49,580 nucleotides of DNA from Kofleriaceae bacterium (GTDB lineage Bacteria; Myxococcota_A; Polyangia; Haliangiales; Haliangiaceae), in NCBI GenBank assembly GCA_046597055.1, contig JBKJLC010000165.1:1-49580 (forward strand), read 5' to 3'. This document shows, in pieces, positions 15,628 to 26,592 of the stretch. The position numbers and the translations under genes are program-made. The notes beneath the pieces are model-generated. The model did no database searches and was not told the origin of the DNA. It worked only from the letters and a program-made list of their open reading frames with translations. The stretch's first letter is position 1. Each line of letters begins with the position of its first letter.

Positions 15628-17225
15628 CGGCGCCGCTTCCCGACGAGGCCGCGCTCGCCGCAGCCATGCTCGATCTCGGCCGCGAGTTGCACCTCGAGCT
15701 GTCCGAGGCCGAGCTGTGCGACCGCTTCCTCACCCAGCTGGCGGTGCTGTTCCCGGACCGCCGCATCGCGGTGCGGGTCCTGGATCCACGCACCCGCGAG
15801 CCGGCCCGGGTCCACGCGCTGCACGGGGCGCTGCGCGCGGGGCTCGAGACCGAGCGGGTGACGATCAAGGAGTCGTCGATCGTGAAGACCCGGCTGAAGA
15901 CCGCGGTCGCGGCCAGCGCGCGGGTCCGGATCGGCACCCGCTGGGATTCGCCATTCGCCCACGTCGCCGCCGGGTTCGCGGTGCCGCTGGTCGCGTCGGG
16001 CGAGCTCTACGGCCTGCTCGACGTCGGCTACGCGCTCGGGGTCGACCGCGCGATCGAGGACGAGCCGCTGGTCCTGCCGGTCGCGAACCAGCTCGCGCTC
16101 GCGCTGCGCAACCAGCGGCTGTGGCGCGACGCCCAGGGCCTGCGCGACTTCCAGTCGCGCCTGATCGAGCACGCCAACGCGTTGATCGTGGGGATCGACC
16201 GGAGCTGGCGGGTGACCGTGTGCAACCGGGCGATGCTCGAGCTGACCGGCTACTCGCGCGAGGAGGTGCTCGGCTCCGATCTGCGCGATCTGCTGCCGCC
16301 CGATCAGCGCCCGCGGCTGACGCCGGTGTTCGCCGCGGCGCTGCGCGGCCAGAACGAGGACGCGGTCGACGTGGTCTTGCACTCGCGCCACCGCGGCCGG
16401 GTGCGCACGGTGTGGTCGATCGCGGCGATCGGCGGCCCCGACGACCGCGGCGATCGCGGCGACCGCGGGCCGCACGAGGCGGTGGTCGCGATCGGGACCG
16501 ATCAGACCCGGCTGCGCGAGCTGCAGGACCAGGTCATCCAGTCCGAGCGGCTGGCGACGCTCGGCCAGCTCGCGGCCGGCGTGGTCCACGAGCTCAACAA
16601 CCCGCTGACGTCGATCACGGTGTACGCCGAATACCTGCTGCGCAAGGCCGAGCGGGTCGGGGCCGAGCCGGGGGACATCGAGAAGCTGGGTCGGATCGGC
16701 CACAGCGCGCAGCGGATCATGCGGTTCGCGCGCGAGCTGGTGCAGTACGCGAAGCCGGCCGGGGTCGAGATCGACCTCGTCGATGTGAACGCGGTGGTGC
16801 GGCAGTCGCTGTCGTTCTGCGAGCACCTGTTCGACCGGGCCGGGATCCTCGTGGCGACCGAGCTCGAGCCCGAGTTGCCGCCGATCCCGGCGGTGCCCGG
16901 GCAGCTCGAGCAGGTGATGATCAACCTGCTCACGAACGCGGCGCACGCGGTCGAGGGCGGCGGCGTGATCGTGGTGCGGACTCGGACGGCGTCGGCCGAG
17001 GCGGTGACGGTCGCCGTGGACGACTCGGGGCCCGGGGTGCCGGAGGAGGAGCGGGCGCGGATCTTCGAGCCGTTCTACACGACGAAGACGGATGGGAAGG
17101 GGACCGGGCTGGGGTTGCCGATCGTGAAGAACATCGTGGAGCAGCACAAGGGCGGGATTGCGGTGGAGAGCGCGCCGGAGGGGGGCGCGCGGTTCGTGGT
17201 GACGTTGCCGAGGAGCCTGGGGTAG
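15624..17225 (+). CDS. GAF/PAS sensor histidine kinase
   Basis: [47 protein letters not shown]. Confidence 0.92.
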   Translation: MTAPLPDEAALAAAMLDLGRELHLELSEAELCDRFLTQLAVLFPDRRIAVRVLDPRTREPARVHALHGALRAGLETERVTIKESSIVKTRLKTAVAASARVRIGTRWDSPFAHVAAGFAVPLVASGELYGLLDVGYALGVDRAIEDEPLVLPVANQLALALRNQRLWRDAQGLRDFQSRLIEHANALIVGIDRSWRVTVCNRAMLELTGYSREEVLGSDLRDLLPPDQRPRLTPVFAAALRGQNEDAVDVVLHSRHRGRVRTVWSIAAIGGPDDRGDRGDRGPHEAVVAIGTDQTRLRELQDQVIQSERLATLGQLAAGVVHELNNPLTSITVYAEYLLRKAERVGAEPGDIEKLGRIGHSAQRIMRFARELVQYAKPAGVEIDLVDVNAVVRQSLSFCEHLFDRAGILVATELEPELPPIPAVPGQLEQVMINLLTNAAHAVEGGGVIVVRTRTASAEAVTVAVDDSGPGVPEEERARIFEPFYTTKTDGKGTGLGLPIVKNIVEQHKGGIAVESAPEGGARFVVTLPRSLG

Positions 17226-17288
17226 GGGAGCGGGGAGCGGACCGCGGCCAGCGCAGAAGAGGCCGAGGAGAAGTTCGTCGCGCTCGTC

Positions 17289-17594
17289 GTGAGTCGGCAG
17301 CTCATCCGTCAGTTGCGGCCGATCGTGGCGATGATCCGGCGCCACGATGCCGACCTGGCCAGGCAACTGCAACGCGCGGCGAGCAGCGTGCACCTCAACC
17401 TCAGCGAGTCGCAGGGCCGTGAGGGCGGCGATCGCCGGCGGTTCTTCGAGTTTGCCGCGGGCAGCGCCTTCGAGGTGCGCGGCGCGCTCCAGGCCGCCGA
17501 CGACTGGGGCTGGATCGGCGACGTCGGTCCGGTCCACCGCACCGCGCACCGGATGATCGCGCTGCTGTGGGGCCTGCGGCGCACCGCGCCGTGA
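17289..17594 (+). CDS. Four-helix-bundle protein (23S rRNA intervening-sequence protein family); start problematic
   Basis: DLARQLQRAASSVHLNLSE..GR, RRRFFEFAAGSAFEV. Family-like sequence extends upstream to AAG at 17271 (KFVALVVS). Confidence 0.8.
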   Translation: MSRQLIRQLRPIVAMIRRHDADLARQLQRAASSVHLNLSESQGREGGDRRRFFEFAAGSAFEVRGALQAADDWGWIGDVGPVHRTAHRMIALLWGLRRTAP

Positions 17595-17689
17595 CTCGGT
17601 CGCCTCCAGCCGGCGCAGCCGTGCGCGGCCGCCAAGTCGCGCGGGACCGCGGGCTCGGCCTGCGCGGCAGCTTGCGAGCCGCGCGCGCG

Positions 17690-17770
17690 ATGCCGCTCCT
17701 GCCGCTACCGCCACCGCTCCTGCCGCTGCCGCGGCTGCCGGCTCCGGTGCCGCCGCCGCCGCCGCCACGT
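17690..17770 (+). repeat. C-rich degenerate hexamer tract (CCGCTG-like)
   Basis: gccgctcctgccgctaccgccaccgctcctgccgctgccgcggctgccggctccggtgccgccgccgccgccgcc. Confidence 0.7.
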
Positions 17771-17972
17771 CTCCGTCAGCCGCGCCCACCCGTTGTCCGA
17801 CTTCCGGTCAGCCCGCCCTGCACCCCTGATCAGCGAGCGCCCCTGTCACGACTGCCGATCCCCCGAGTCCGCACACTGCCGATCCCCGGGAGATCTCTCC
17901 GGCTCCTCATCGCATCATTATGTTGGTCAATAAGTTGGTCCCCTGATCCCGCACTGCTAACGTGCCTTTCCC

Positions 17973-18263
17973 ATGAAGGCGGATGCCATGCTTGAGCAAC
18001 TCGAGAGCGCTGCGACCCAGCTAGGGGTGCGCGTCAGCTACGAGCAGCTCGCGTGGTCGGTCGGCCATGGCGGCCTTTGCCGCGTCCGCGGCGAGTACCG
18101 CGCCATCATCGACAAGCGCGCGACCCCGCAGGAGCGCCTGACGACGCTCGCGACCGCGCTGGCCGGCTTCGACGTCTCCGGCATCAAGCTGTCGGCCAAG
18201 CTGCGGGAGCTGCTGGACTTCCACAGCACCGACAGCCGCACGCCGACCCGCCGCGCCTCCTGA
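17973..18263 (+). CDS. Small hypothetical protein
   Basis: Typical codon usage; LEQLESAATQLGVRVSYE..GGLCRVRGEYRAIIDKR; TGcTAACGT box upstream. Confidence 0.7.
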   Translation: MKADAMLEQLESAATQLGVRVSYEQLAWSVGHGGLCRVRGEYRAIIDKRATPQERLTTLATALAGFDVSGIKLSAKLRELLDFHSTDSRTPTRRAS

Positions 18264-18351
18264 CCCGAGCCCGGCCAGCCGAGCCGGATCCCCAACTGCC
18301 GATCTTCGGGCTCTGCACCAAGGCCGGCCGGCCAGCGTGGCGCCCGCGAAG

Positions 18352-19413
<1,062 letters not shown>

Positions 19414-19612
19414 GTCTCTTCCTCCTCGGTGAAAGCCGAACGCTAGCACGCGGCGAAACCCGCTGCGTGGCTGGATGATCGCCGGCCGTGTAGGCGCGTG
19501 TAACTTTGCCGCCCCGAGGCGGACCTCGGCAGGCGGCCCCCGGAGATCGGCGGGTGCCACAACGACCGGTCGATCGACCGAGCCGGCCCGGTCGACCGTG
19601 TAACGTCGGCGC

Positions 19613-20635
19613 GTGTCGAACCCGCGCCTGCTCGCCGCGCTGGTGGTGACCAACGTCGTCTTGATCGCGGTCGGTCACGCCCTCGCGCCGCCCCGGTCGC
19701 GGGCCGCCGCCAGCGACGTGACGATCGGCCTGGTGTTCGACGTCGGTGGCCGCGACGACAAGTCGTTCAACGACGCGGCCTGGACCGGGCTCGAGCGGGC
19801 CCGGCGCGAGCTGGGCGTGGCCGTGATCCCGATCGAGCCGTCCGACGGCGCCAGCCGCGAGGCCGCGCTTCGCCAGCTGGCCGCGCGCGACGTCGACCTG
19901 GTGATCGGCGTCGGTTTCATCTTCTCGGCCGATCTCGAGCGGCTGGCCGCCGAGTTCCCCGCGATCCGCTTCGCCGGGGTCGACTACACGCCGAGCCCGG
20001 GCAAGCCGGTGCCGCCCAACCTGGTCGGCCTGCGGTTCCGCGAGCACGAGGGCAGCTTCGTCGTCGGCGCGATCGCCGGCATGACCTCACGATCGCGGGT
20101 GGTCGGCTTCGTCGGTGGCATGAAGATCCCGCTGATCCGCAAGTTCGAGCTCGGCTACGCCGCCGGCGTCGCCTACACCTGCCCGACCTGCCGCGTGCTG
20201 TCGGCCTACGCGGGCACCGACCCCAAGGCGTTCGCCGACCCCAGCCTCGGCCAGGAGCTGGCGTCGGCCCAGTACGATGGCGGCGCCGACGTCATCTTTC
20301 ACGCGTCGGGCAAGACCGGCGCCGGGGTGTTCGCGGCCGCGCGCGCGCGACGCATGCTCGCGATCGGCGTCGACGCCGATCAGTTCCACATGGCGCCGTG
20401 CTGCGTCCTGACCAGCATGATCAAGCGCGTCGACGTCGCGGTGTTCGACGTCATCGCCGACGTGGTCGCCGGCCGCTACGCCGGCGGCCTGCGCGAGCTC
20501 GGGCTGGCCGACGACGGGGTCGGCTTCGTCGCCGACGCCAACAACCAGGTGCTGCTGCCGCCCGAGGTCGCCCAGCGCGCGCGCGCGATCGCCCAGCAGA
20601 TCATCGCCGGCGAGATCGTGGTGCCGTCGCGATGA
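19613..20635 (+). CDS. BMP-family ABC transporter substrate-binding protein (purine nucleoside type)
   Basis: GGRDDKSFNDAA, FREHEGSF, GFVGG, GADVIFHASG.TG.GVF, AIGVDADQ, LTSMIKRVD. Confidence 0.92.
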   Translation: MSNPRLLAALVVTNVVLIAVGHALAPPRSRAAASDVTIGLVFDVGGRDDKSFNDAAWTGLERARRELGVAVIPIEPSDGASREAALRQLAARDVDLVIGVGFIFSADLERLAAEFPAIRFAGVDYTPSPGKPVPPNLVGLRFREHEGSFVVGAIAGMTSRSRVVGFVGGMKIPLIRKFELGYAAGVAYTCPTCRVLSAYAGTDPKAFADPSLGQELASAQYDGGADVIFHASGKTGAGVFAAARARRMLAIGVDADQFHMAPCCVLTSMIKRVDVAVFDVIADVVAGRYAGGLRELGLADDGVGFVADANNQVLLPPEVAQRARAIAQQIIAGEIVVPSR

Positions 20636-22137
20636 GCGCGGCCACCCCCGCGCCCGCGGTCGAGGTCACCGCCCGCAAGCGCATCGGCGACTGCGTCGCG
20701 CTGGCCGGCGCCCACCTACGCGTCGAGGTCGGCACCATCCACGCGCTGTGCGGCGAGAACGGGGCCGGCAAGTCGACCCTGATGCGGGTCGTGTACGGGC
20801 TGACCCGCGCCGATGCCGGCCAGCTCGAGCTAGGCGGGCCGATCGACCTCGCCCACCACGGGGTCGCGGCCGCGCGCGCGCGCGGCGTCGGCATGGTCCA
20901 CCAGCACGGGATGCTGGTGCCAACGTTGACCCTGGCCGAGAACGCCGCGCTTGGCCGCGAGCCGATGCGCGCCGGGCTCCTCGATCTGGCCCGCGCCCGC
21001 CGCGAGCTGGCCGAGGCCGCGGCGCGCCTGGGCGAGGCGCTGGATCCCGACGTCCGCGCGGGGGCGCTGACCGTCGGTGAGCAGCAGCGGGCCGAGGTCG
21101 TGATGGTGGTCGCGCGCGCCGAGCGCCTGCTCATCCTCGACGAGCCGACCGCGCTGCTCACGCCCGGCGAGGTCGAGCGGCTGTTCGCGCTGCTGCGGCG
21201 GGTTGCCGCCGGCGGCGGCGCGGTGGTGCTGGTCACCCACAAGCTCGACGAGGTCACCGCGATCGCGGATGCGATCACGGTGCTGCGCGCCGGCGTGACG
21301 GTCGCGGAGCTGCCCGGCTCGACCGAGCCGCGGGCGATCGCGCGCGCGATGGTCGGAGGCGAGCCGCCGGGCCGGGCCGCGCCCCCGCCGGCGCCGGCCG
21401 CGGGCGCCGCGGTGGTGCTGGCCGCGCGCGGGACCGACGGCATCGACCTCGCGATCCGCGCCGGCGAGGTGGTCGGGGTCGCCGGCATCGAGGGTAACGG
21501 CCAGCGCGAGCTGGTGCTGGCGCTCACCGGCCTGACCCGGCCGCGGCGGGGCCGGGTCGAGCTCGGCGGCGCCGACGTCACCGCCGCGTCGGTCGCGGCC
21601 CGCCGCGCGGCCGGGCTCGCCCACGTGCCCGAAGACCGCCACCGTCATGGCCTGGTGCTCGACGCGACCCTCGCCGAGAACCTCACGCTCGGCCGCACCG
21701 CCGAGGTCACTGGCGCCCGCGGCTGGCTGATCGATCGTGGGCGACGGCGGGCGCTGGCCGAGCGCACGCTGATCGAGCACGACGTGCGGCCGGCCGATCC
21801 GGACCTGCCAGCGCGCGCGCTGTCAGGCGGCAACCAGCAGAAGCTGGTGGTGGCGCGCGAGCTCGGCCGCGCCGGCGTGCGCGCGGTGATCGCGGCCCAG
21901 CCGACCCGCGGCGTCGATCTGGCAGCGGTCGCCGGGATCCACGACCGGCTGCGCGCGATCGCGACCGCCGGCGCCGGCGTGCTCCTGGTGTCGGCCGACC
22001 TCGACGAGCTGTTCGCGCTGTCGCATCGGATCGTCGTCCTCCATCGCGGCCGGATCGCGGGCGAGCTCGACCAGGCGCAGCTGGTCGCCCCCGACGCGCG
22101 CGCCCGCCTGGGTGCGTGGATGGTGGGCGCGACGTGA
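20632..22137 (+). CDS. Nucleoside/sugar ABC transporter ATP-binding protein (two NBDs)
   Basis: GENGAGKSTL, ILDEPT, VTHKLDE, PEDR, LSGGNQQK, QPTRGVD. Confidence 0.93.
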   Translation: MSAATPAPAVEVTARKRIGDCVALAGAHLRVEVGTIHALCGENGAGKSTLMRVVYGLTRADAGQLELGGPIDLAHHGVAAARARGVGMVHQHGMLVPTLTLAENAALGREPMRAGLLDLARARRELAEAAARLGEALDPDVRAGALTVGEQQRAEVVMVVARAERLLILDEPTALLTPGEVERLFALLRRVAAGGGAVVLVTHKLDEVTAIADAITVLRAGVTVAELPGSTEPRAIARAMVGGEPPGRAAPPPAPAAGAAVVLAARGTDGIDLAIRAGEVVGVAGIEGNGQRELVLALTGLTRPRRGRVELGGADVTAASVAARRAAGLAHVPEDRHRHGLVLDATLAENLTLGRTAEVTGARGWLIDRGRRRALAERTLIEHDVRPADPDLPARALSGGNQQKLVVARELGRAGVRAVIAAQPTRGVDLAAVAGIHDRLRAIATAGAGVLLVSADLDELFALSHRIVVLHRGRIAGELDQAQLVAPDARARLGAWMVGAT

Positions 22138-23150
22138 ACCGGCCAGCGCTCGAGCGCGAGCTGTTCGCGGGCGTGGTCGCGTGCCTGATCGCGATCGCCG
22201 CCGGCAGCGTGCTCGTCATGATCGCCGGTGCGTCGCCGCTCGAGGTGTGGCGCACGATGGTGGTGCAGACGTTCGGCAACGCCTACGGCCTCGGCCAGGT
22301 GATCTTCCGGGCCGCGCCGCTGGTGCTCACCGGGCTGGCGGTCGCGGTGCCGCTGCGCGCCGGGCTGTTCAACATCGGCGGAGAGGGCCAGATGCTCGCG
22401 GCGGCGCTGGTGTGCGCGGTCGCCGGGGCGGCGCTGCCAGCCGGCACGCCGATCGTGGTCGCCTTGCCGATCGCGCTGGCGGCGGCGGCGGCCACCGGTG
22501 CCACCGTCGGCGCGGCGACCGGCGCGCTGCGCGCATACCGGGGCACCCACGAGGTGATCGTCGCGATCTTGCTCAACGCGATCATCAGCGGCATCGCGCT
22601 GTGGCTCGGCAACGAGTGGTTGTTCGCCGGCGAATCGACCAGCTCGGCCGAGGTCGTCGCCGGCGCGCGGTTCCCCGGGCTCGGGATCCGCGGCTCGGGC
22701 GCGTCGACCTCGATCGTCCTGGCGATCGCGATCGCCGCCGCCTGCGCGGCCTTGATCGGCCGCACCACCACCGGCTATCGCTGGCGCATGGTCGGTGCCG
22801 GCGTGGACGCGGCCCGGGCCGGCGGCATCGACGTCGCGCGCGCGCAGGTGTCGGCGATGGCGGTCGCCGGCGCGCTGGCCGGGCTGGCCGGCGCGCACTT
22901 CGTGCTCGGCGACGAGTATGCGTACCAGGACGGCCTCGGCCGCGGTCAGGGCTTCCTCGGCGTCGCGGTCGCGCTGCTCGCCGGCGGTCGCGCCAGCGCG
23001 GTGGTGGTGTCGGCGCTCCTGTTCGGCGCGCTCGCGCATGGCGGCCTCGAGGTGCTCCAGCTGGTGCCCAAGGAGATCGTCGACGTGCTGCAGGCGGTGG
23101 TGGTCCTGGTCGCGGCCGCCACCGCGCCGCTGCTGCGGAGGGGCCGGTGA
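22134..23150 (+). CDS. Nucleoside ABC transporter permease
   Basis: GLFNIGGEGQ, HEVIVAILLN; multiple TM helices; GTGA overlap. Confidence 0.9.
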   Translation: MNRPALERELFAGVVACLIAIAAGSVLVMIAGASPLEVWRTMVVQTFGNAYGLGQVIFRAAPLVLTGLAVAVPLRAGLFNIGGEGQMLAAALVCAVAGAALPAGTPIVVALPIALAAAAATGATVGAATGALRAYRGTHEVIVAILLNAIISGIALWLGNEWLFAGESTSSAEVVAGARFPGLGIRGSGASTSIVLAIAIAAACAALIGRTTTGYRWRMVGAGVDAARAGGIDVARAQVSAMAVAGALAGLAGAHFVLGDEYAYQDGLGRGQGFLGVAVALLAGGRASAVVVSALLFGALAHGGLEVLQLVPKEIVDVLQAVVVLVAAATAPLLRRGR

Positions 23151-24025
23151 TCGACGTCCTGCTCGGCGCGTTCTCGCTGGCGTTCCTGGCCCAGGCGCTG
23201 CGCATCACGGTGCCGTACCTGCTGGCGGCGCTCGGCGGGGTGATGACCGAGCGCGCCGGCATGGTCGACCTCGCGCTCGAGGCCAAGCTGCTGTGGGGCG
23301 CGTTCGGCGCGGCGGTGATCACGCACGAGACCGGCTCGCTCGCCGCCGGGCTGGCCGCCGCGGCCGCGGCCGGCGCGCTGGTCGCCGGCGTCCAGGCGCT
23401 GTGGGCGGTGCGGTTCGGCGCCGACCAGGTCGTCACCGGCGTCGCGCTCAACCTGGCGGCGTACGCGCTCACCCGCTTCCTGCTGCAGGTGCGGTATGGC
23501 TCGGGCGCCAACTCGCCGCCGATCGAGGGCGTGGGCAGCGCGGTGTGGACCAGCCCGCTGGTGTGGCTGGCGCTGGTGGTCACGGCCGTGATCACGGTGC
23601 TGGTCGCGCGCACGCGGTTGGGCCTGCGCATCCGCGCGGTCGGCGAGCACCCCGAGGCGCTGGCCGCCGCCGGCGCGTCGATCGCCCGGACCCGCTGGAT
23701 CGCCGCGCTGATCGGCGGCGCGGTCGCCGGCATCGGCGGCGCCCAGCTGTCGCTCGCGGTCGGCGGCTTCGTCGCCGACATGTCGAGCGGCCGCGGCTAC
23801 GTCGCCCTGGTGGCGGTGATCATGGGCGGCTGGCGCCCGGCCCCGGCCGCGCTGGTGTGCCTCGGCTTCGGCATCGCCGAGGCGCTCAAGGTCCGCATGC
23901 AGAGCGCCGGCACCGGCCTGCCGCCCGAGCTGGTCCACCAGTTCCCGTACGTGCTGGCGCTGGTGCTCCTGGTCGCGCTCGGCAGCCGCGTGCGTCCGCC
24001 CGCGGCGCTCGGTCGCCGGGACTGA
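23147..24025 (+). CDS. Nucleoside ABC transporter permease
   Basis: ERAGMVDLALE, ADQVVTG, GLRIRAVGEHP, GRGYVAL, FPY. Confidence 0.9.
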   Translation: MIDVLLGAFSLAFLAQALRITVPYLLAALGGVMTERAGMVDLALEAKLLWGAFGAAVITHETGSLAAGLAAAAAAGALVAGVQALWAVRFGADQVVTGVALNLAAYALTRFLLQVRYGSGANSPPIEGVGSAVWTSPLVWLALVVTAVITVLVARTRLGLRIRAVGEHPEALAAAGASIARTRWIAALIGGAVAGIGGAQLSLAVGGFVADMSSGRGYVALVAVIMGGWRPAPAALVCLGFGIAEALKVRMQSAGTGLPPELVHQFPYVLALVLLVALGSRVRPPAALGRRD

Positions 24026-24171
24026 CCCAGGCGCCTCGGGATGGTCCGTCACCCGCGGTCGACAGGTCCCCGGCTCAAGATCCGGCGCCGGTGGTCGATT
24101 CGATCGGGCGTGCAGCTCCTGTCGGCAGGCGTGATCGCCCGGCGTCCAAGGGACGACGGGGTGAGGGGCCG

Positions 24172-26115
24172 ATGAGCGCCGTCCCCTCCCTGCCGCACCG
24201 GCGGTGGGATGACCTCCCCCCGGCCACGCACTACCCGTGCGAGCTGCCGGCCACGCCCGAGGAGCTGGACCTGATGGTCGGTCGCGAGCTGGGCGCCTTC
24301 AAGATCACCGCGCTGATCGGGCGAGGCGGGATGGGCCGCGTCTACGCGGCCGAGCACGCGGTCCTGGGGCGACGGGTCGCCATCAAGGTGCTCGAGCCCC
24401 AGTTCGTCAGTAATCCCGAGGCCGTGAGCCGATTTGTCGACGAGGCGCGCGCCGTCAACAGCATCCGGCATCCCAACATCGTCGACATCACGGACTTCGG
24501 GGACCTCGCGGGCCGTCCCTACTACGTCATGGAGCTGCTCGACGGCGAGACGCTGGCGGCGCGCATCGACCGACGTGGGCCGCTCGATGCCGCGGCTGCG
24601 ATCGCGATCGGCACCCAGGTGGCCAGCGCGCTGGCCGCCGCCCACGACCATGGCGTGATTCATCGGGACCTCAAGCCCGAAAACATCTTCCTGTGTAGCC
24701 ATCCGGACTACCCCGATCGGGTCAAGGTCCTCGACTTTGGTGTGGCCAAGCTGCTTCGCCGCGATGGGATCGCCGTCCGGCCCAGCGACACCGAGGACGG
24801 TGTGCTGATGGGCACACCCAGCTATATGTCGCCCGAGCAGAGCGTCGGCCACGCCGTGGATCACCGCTCGGACGTGTACGCGCTCGGGGTGGTGCTGTTC
24901 GAGTGTCTGACCGGGGTGGTGCCGTTCGATCGTCCTAGCTGGATGGAGGTGCTGCTGGCCCACATCAACGAGGCGCCCCCCGCGCCCGGGAGCCTCGCCG
25001 CCGGGGTCCCGGCCGCGCTCGAGGCGCTCGTGCTGCGCGCGCTTGCCAAGCTGCCCGGCGACCGGTTCGACGACATGCGCGCCATGCGCGCGGCGCTGGA
25101 CGCCGTCGCGCGGCGTCCGCAGGCGGGGGTGGCCGCGGCGGTGGCGACCGCTCCGACCCCGGCCGTGGCGGCGACCGCTCCGGCGGGGGCGGCCGCTTCG
25201 ACCCGGGCGATGGTCGCGCCCGAGGTCGCCGCAGACCTGCGTGCGCTCCAGGCCCCCGCCCGCGGCGCGGGTGTCGCCGACGTGCTGCGGCGGGTCATCC
25301 TTGGCCGGATCGCGGCGAAGCGCCTCGTGCTGCCGAGCGTCTCGAGCGCGGTGACCGCGGCCCTCGCCGAGCTGAGCACGCCCAACGCGAACCTGGCCCG
25401 CATCGCCCAGCAGCTCGGGGAGGATCCGCTGATCGCACCCCAGCTGCTGTGGCTCGCGGGGACCGCGTTCTACGCCTCGTCGCGCCGGCCGACGAACGTG
25501 CTCCAGGCCGTCGTCCAGCTGGGGGTCACCCGGCTGCGGAGCGTGCTGCTCGAGCTCTCGGCCCGGCGCGTGTTCGAGTCGCCCCGACCCAGTGTGCGCG
25601 CCGCGTTCGAGGGAGTGTGGGCGCATTCGGTCTACGTCGCGGACCTGGCGCGCTTCCTGTGTGCCGAGCTCGGCAACCCGGTCGCGCCGGAGACCGTGCA
25701 TCTCGGCGGGCTGCTCCACGACGTCGGCAAGCCCCTGGTGGGGGTGATGCTGCTCGAGGCCGAGAAGCTCATCGGCAAGACCTTCAAGGTCGACGCGGCG
25801 ACCTGGATCGAGATCGTGGGACTGGTCCATCGCGAGGTCGCGATCGAGCTGGTGCGGAGCTGGAAGCTCAACGAGTCCATCGTCCACGTGGTGGGGAGCT
25901 CGGGCGGCTATCACGGCGATGCGCTCGCGACGAACATCGTCTGTTTCGCCAACGCGATGGCCAAGCGACAGGGCCGAACCGTGGGCCCGGTCGATCGAGA
26001 CGCGGTCGACGCGCTCATCGCCGAGGGCGCCGAGCGCCTGGGCCTCGACTGGCGGTTCGTCCACGATCTGCCGGCCCGCATCGACGCCGTGCGGGCCGCT
26101 GGCGGCGCCCCGTGA
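24172..26115 (+). CDS. Hanks-type Ser/Thr protein kinase fused to an HDOD domain
   Basis: GRGGMG, VAIK, HRDLKPEN, DFG, GTPSYMSPE; C-terminal LP..., DP.IA..LL, LLHDVGK, W-x-L pattern of HDOD. Confidence 0.88.
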   Translation: MSAVPSLPHRRWDDLPPATHYPCELPATPEELDLMVGRELGAFKITALIGRGGMGRVYAAEHAVLGRRVAIKVLEPQFVSNPEAVSRFVDEARAVNSIRHPNIVDITDFGDLAGRPYYVMELLDGETLAARIDRRGPLDAAAAIAIGTQVASALAAAHDHGVIHRDLKPENIFLCSHPDYPDRVKVLDFGVAKLLRRDGIAVRPSDTEDGVLMGTPSYMSPEQSVGHAVDHRSDVYALGVVLFECLTGVVPFDRPSWMEVLLAHINEAPPAPGSLAAGVPAALEALVLRALAKLPGDRFDDMRAMRAALDAVARRPQAGVAAAVATAPTPAVAATAPAGAAASTRAMVAPEVAADLRALQAPARGAGVADVLRRVILGRIAAKRLVLPSVSSAVTAALAELSTPNANLARIAQQLGEDPLIAPQLLWLAGTAFYASSRRPTNVLQAVVQLGVTRLRSVLLELSARRVFESPRPSVRAAFEGVWAHSVYVADLARFLCAELGNPVAPETVHLGGLLHDVGKPLVGVMLLEAEKLIGKTFKVDAATWIEIVGLVHREVAIELVRSWKLNESIVHVVGSSGGYHGDALATNIVCFANAMAKRQGRTVGPVDRDAVDALIAEGAERLGLDWRFVHDLPARIDAVRAAGGAP

Positions 26116-26159
26116 GCGCGGGGGGCGCGCCGCGGCGGTGGTCGGCACACCGGCCGGCG

Positions 26160-26437
26160 GCGGCAGCCACGATCGTCACCTCGACCGCGCTGTCGAGATC
26201 GGCCCGCGCCGACGGCATGATCGCGCGCGCGCCGTCCTCGCCGAACCCGCCGCTGCCGGCGCCGATGATCGGAGCGGCCAGCGACCGCAGGCCGTGCGCG
26301 GCCGCCAGCGCCAGCGCGGCGCGAGTGGCGTCGGCGATCGAGCACGGGCGCGCGCGCCGGAGCATGTCGATGCCAGCAACGTGGATGATCGCGCGGTAGG
26401 GCAGCGTGCCCGCGCCGGTCAACACGGCGCCGCCGAG
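26160..26437 (-). pseudogene. 5'-truncated macrodomain (Appr-1-p processing) gene fragment
   Basis: LGGAVLTGAGTLPYRAIIHVAG...RSLAAPIIGAGSGGF is the C-terminal half of a macrodomain. No GD/VNA N-terminal motifs are visible, and the frame runs into the convergent kinase gene. Confidence 0.65.
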
Positions 26438-26592
26438 GTGTCGGACATCGCCGTACCACCCATCCTGTCCCTGGCCGAGACCTGCCACGGCCGCCGGTTC
26501 AGCGCGCCGCACCCGCCGCACCTGGGTTGCGCGCGCGTCGGGCCACAAAGCAGCAGCTGACGGCGGCCGGGGCGGCATGTACGATCGGAGTC

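Noticed and set aside
17289..17594. Four-helix-bundle gene as Avd of a diversity-generating retroelement
   Set aside because: No reverse transcriptase and no TR/VR pair with adenine-specific mismatches seen in the window.
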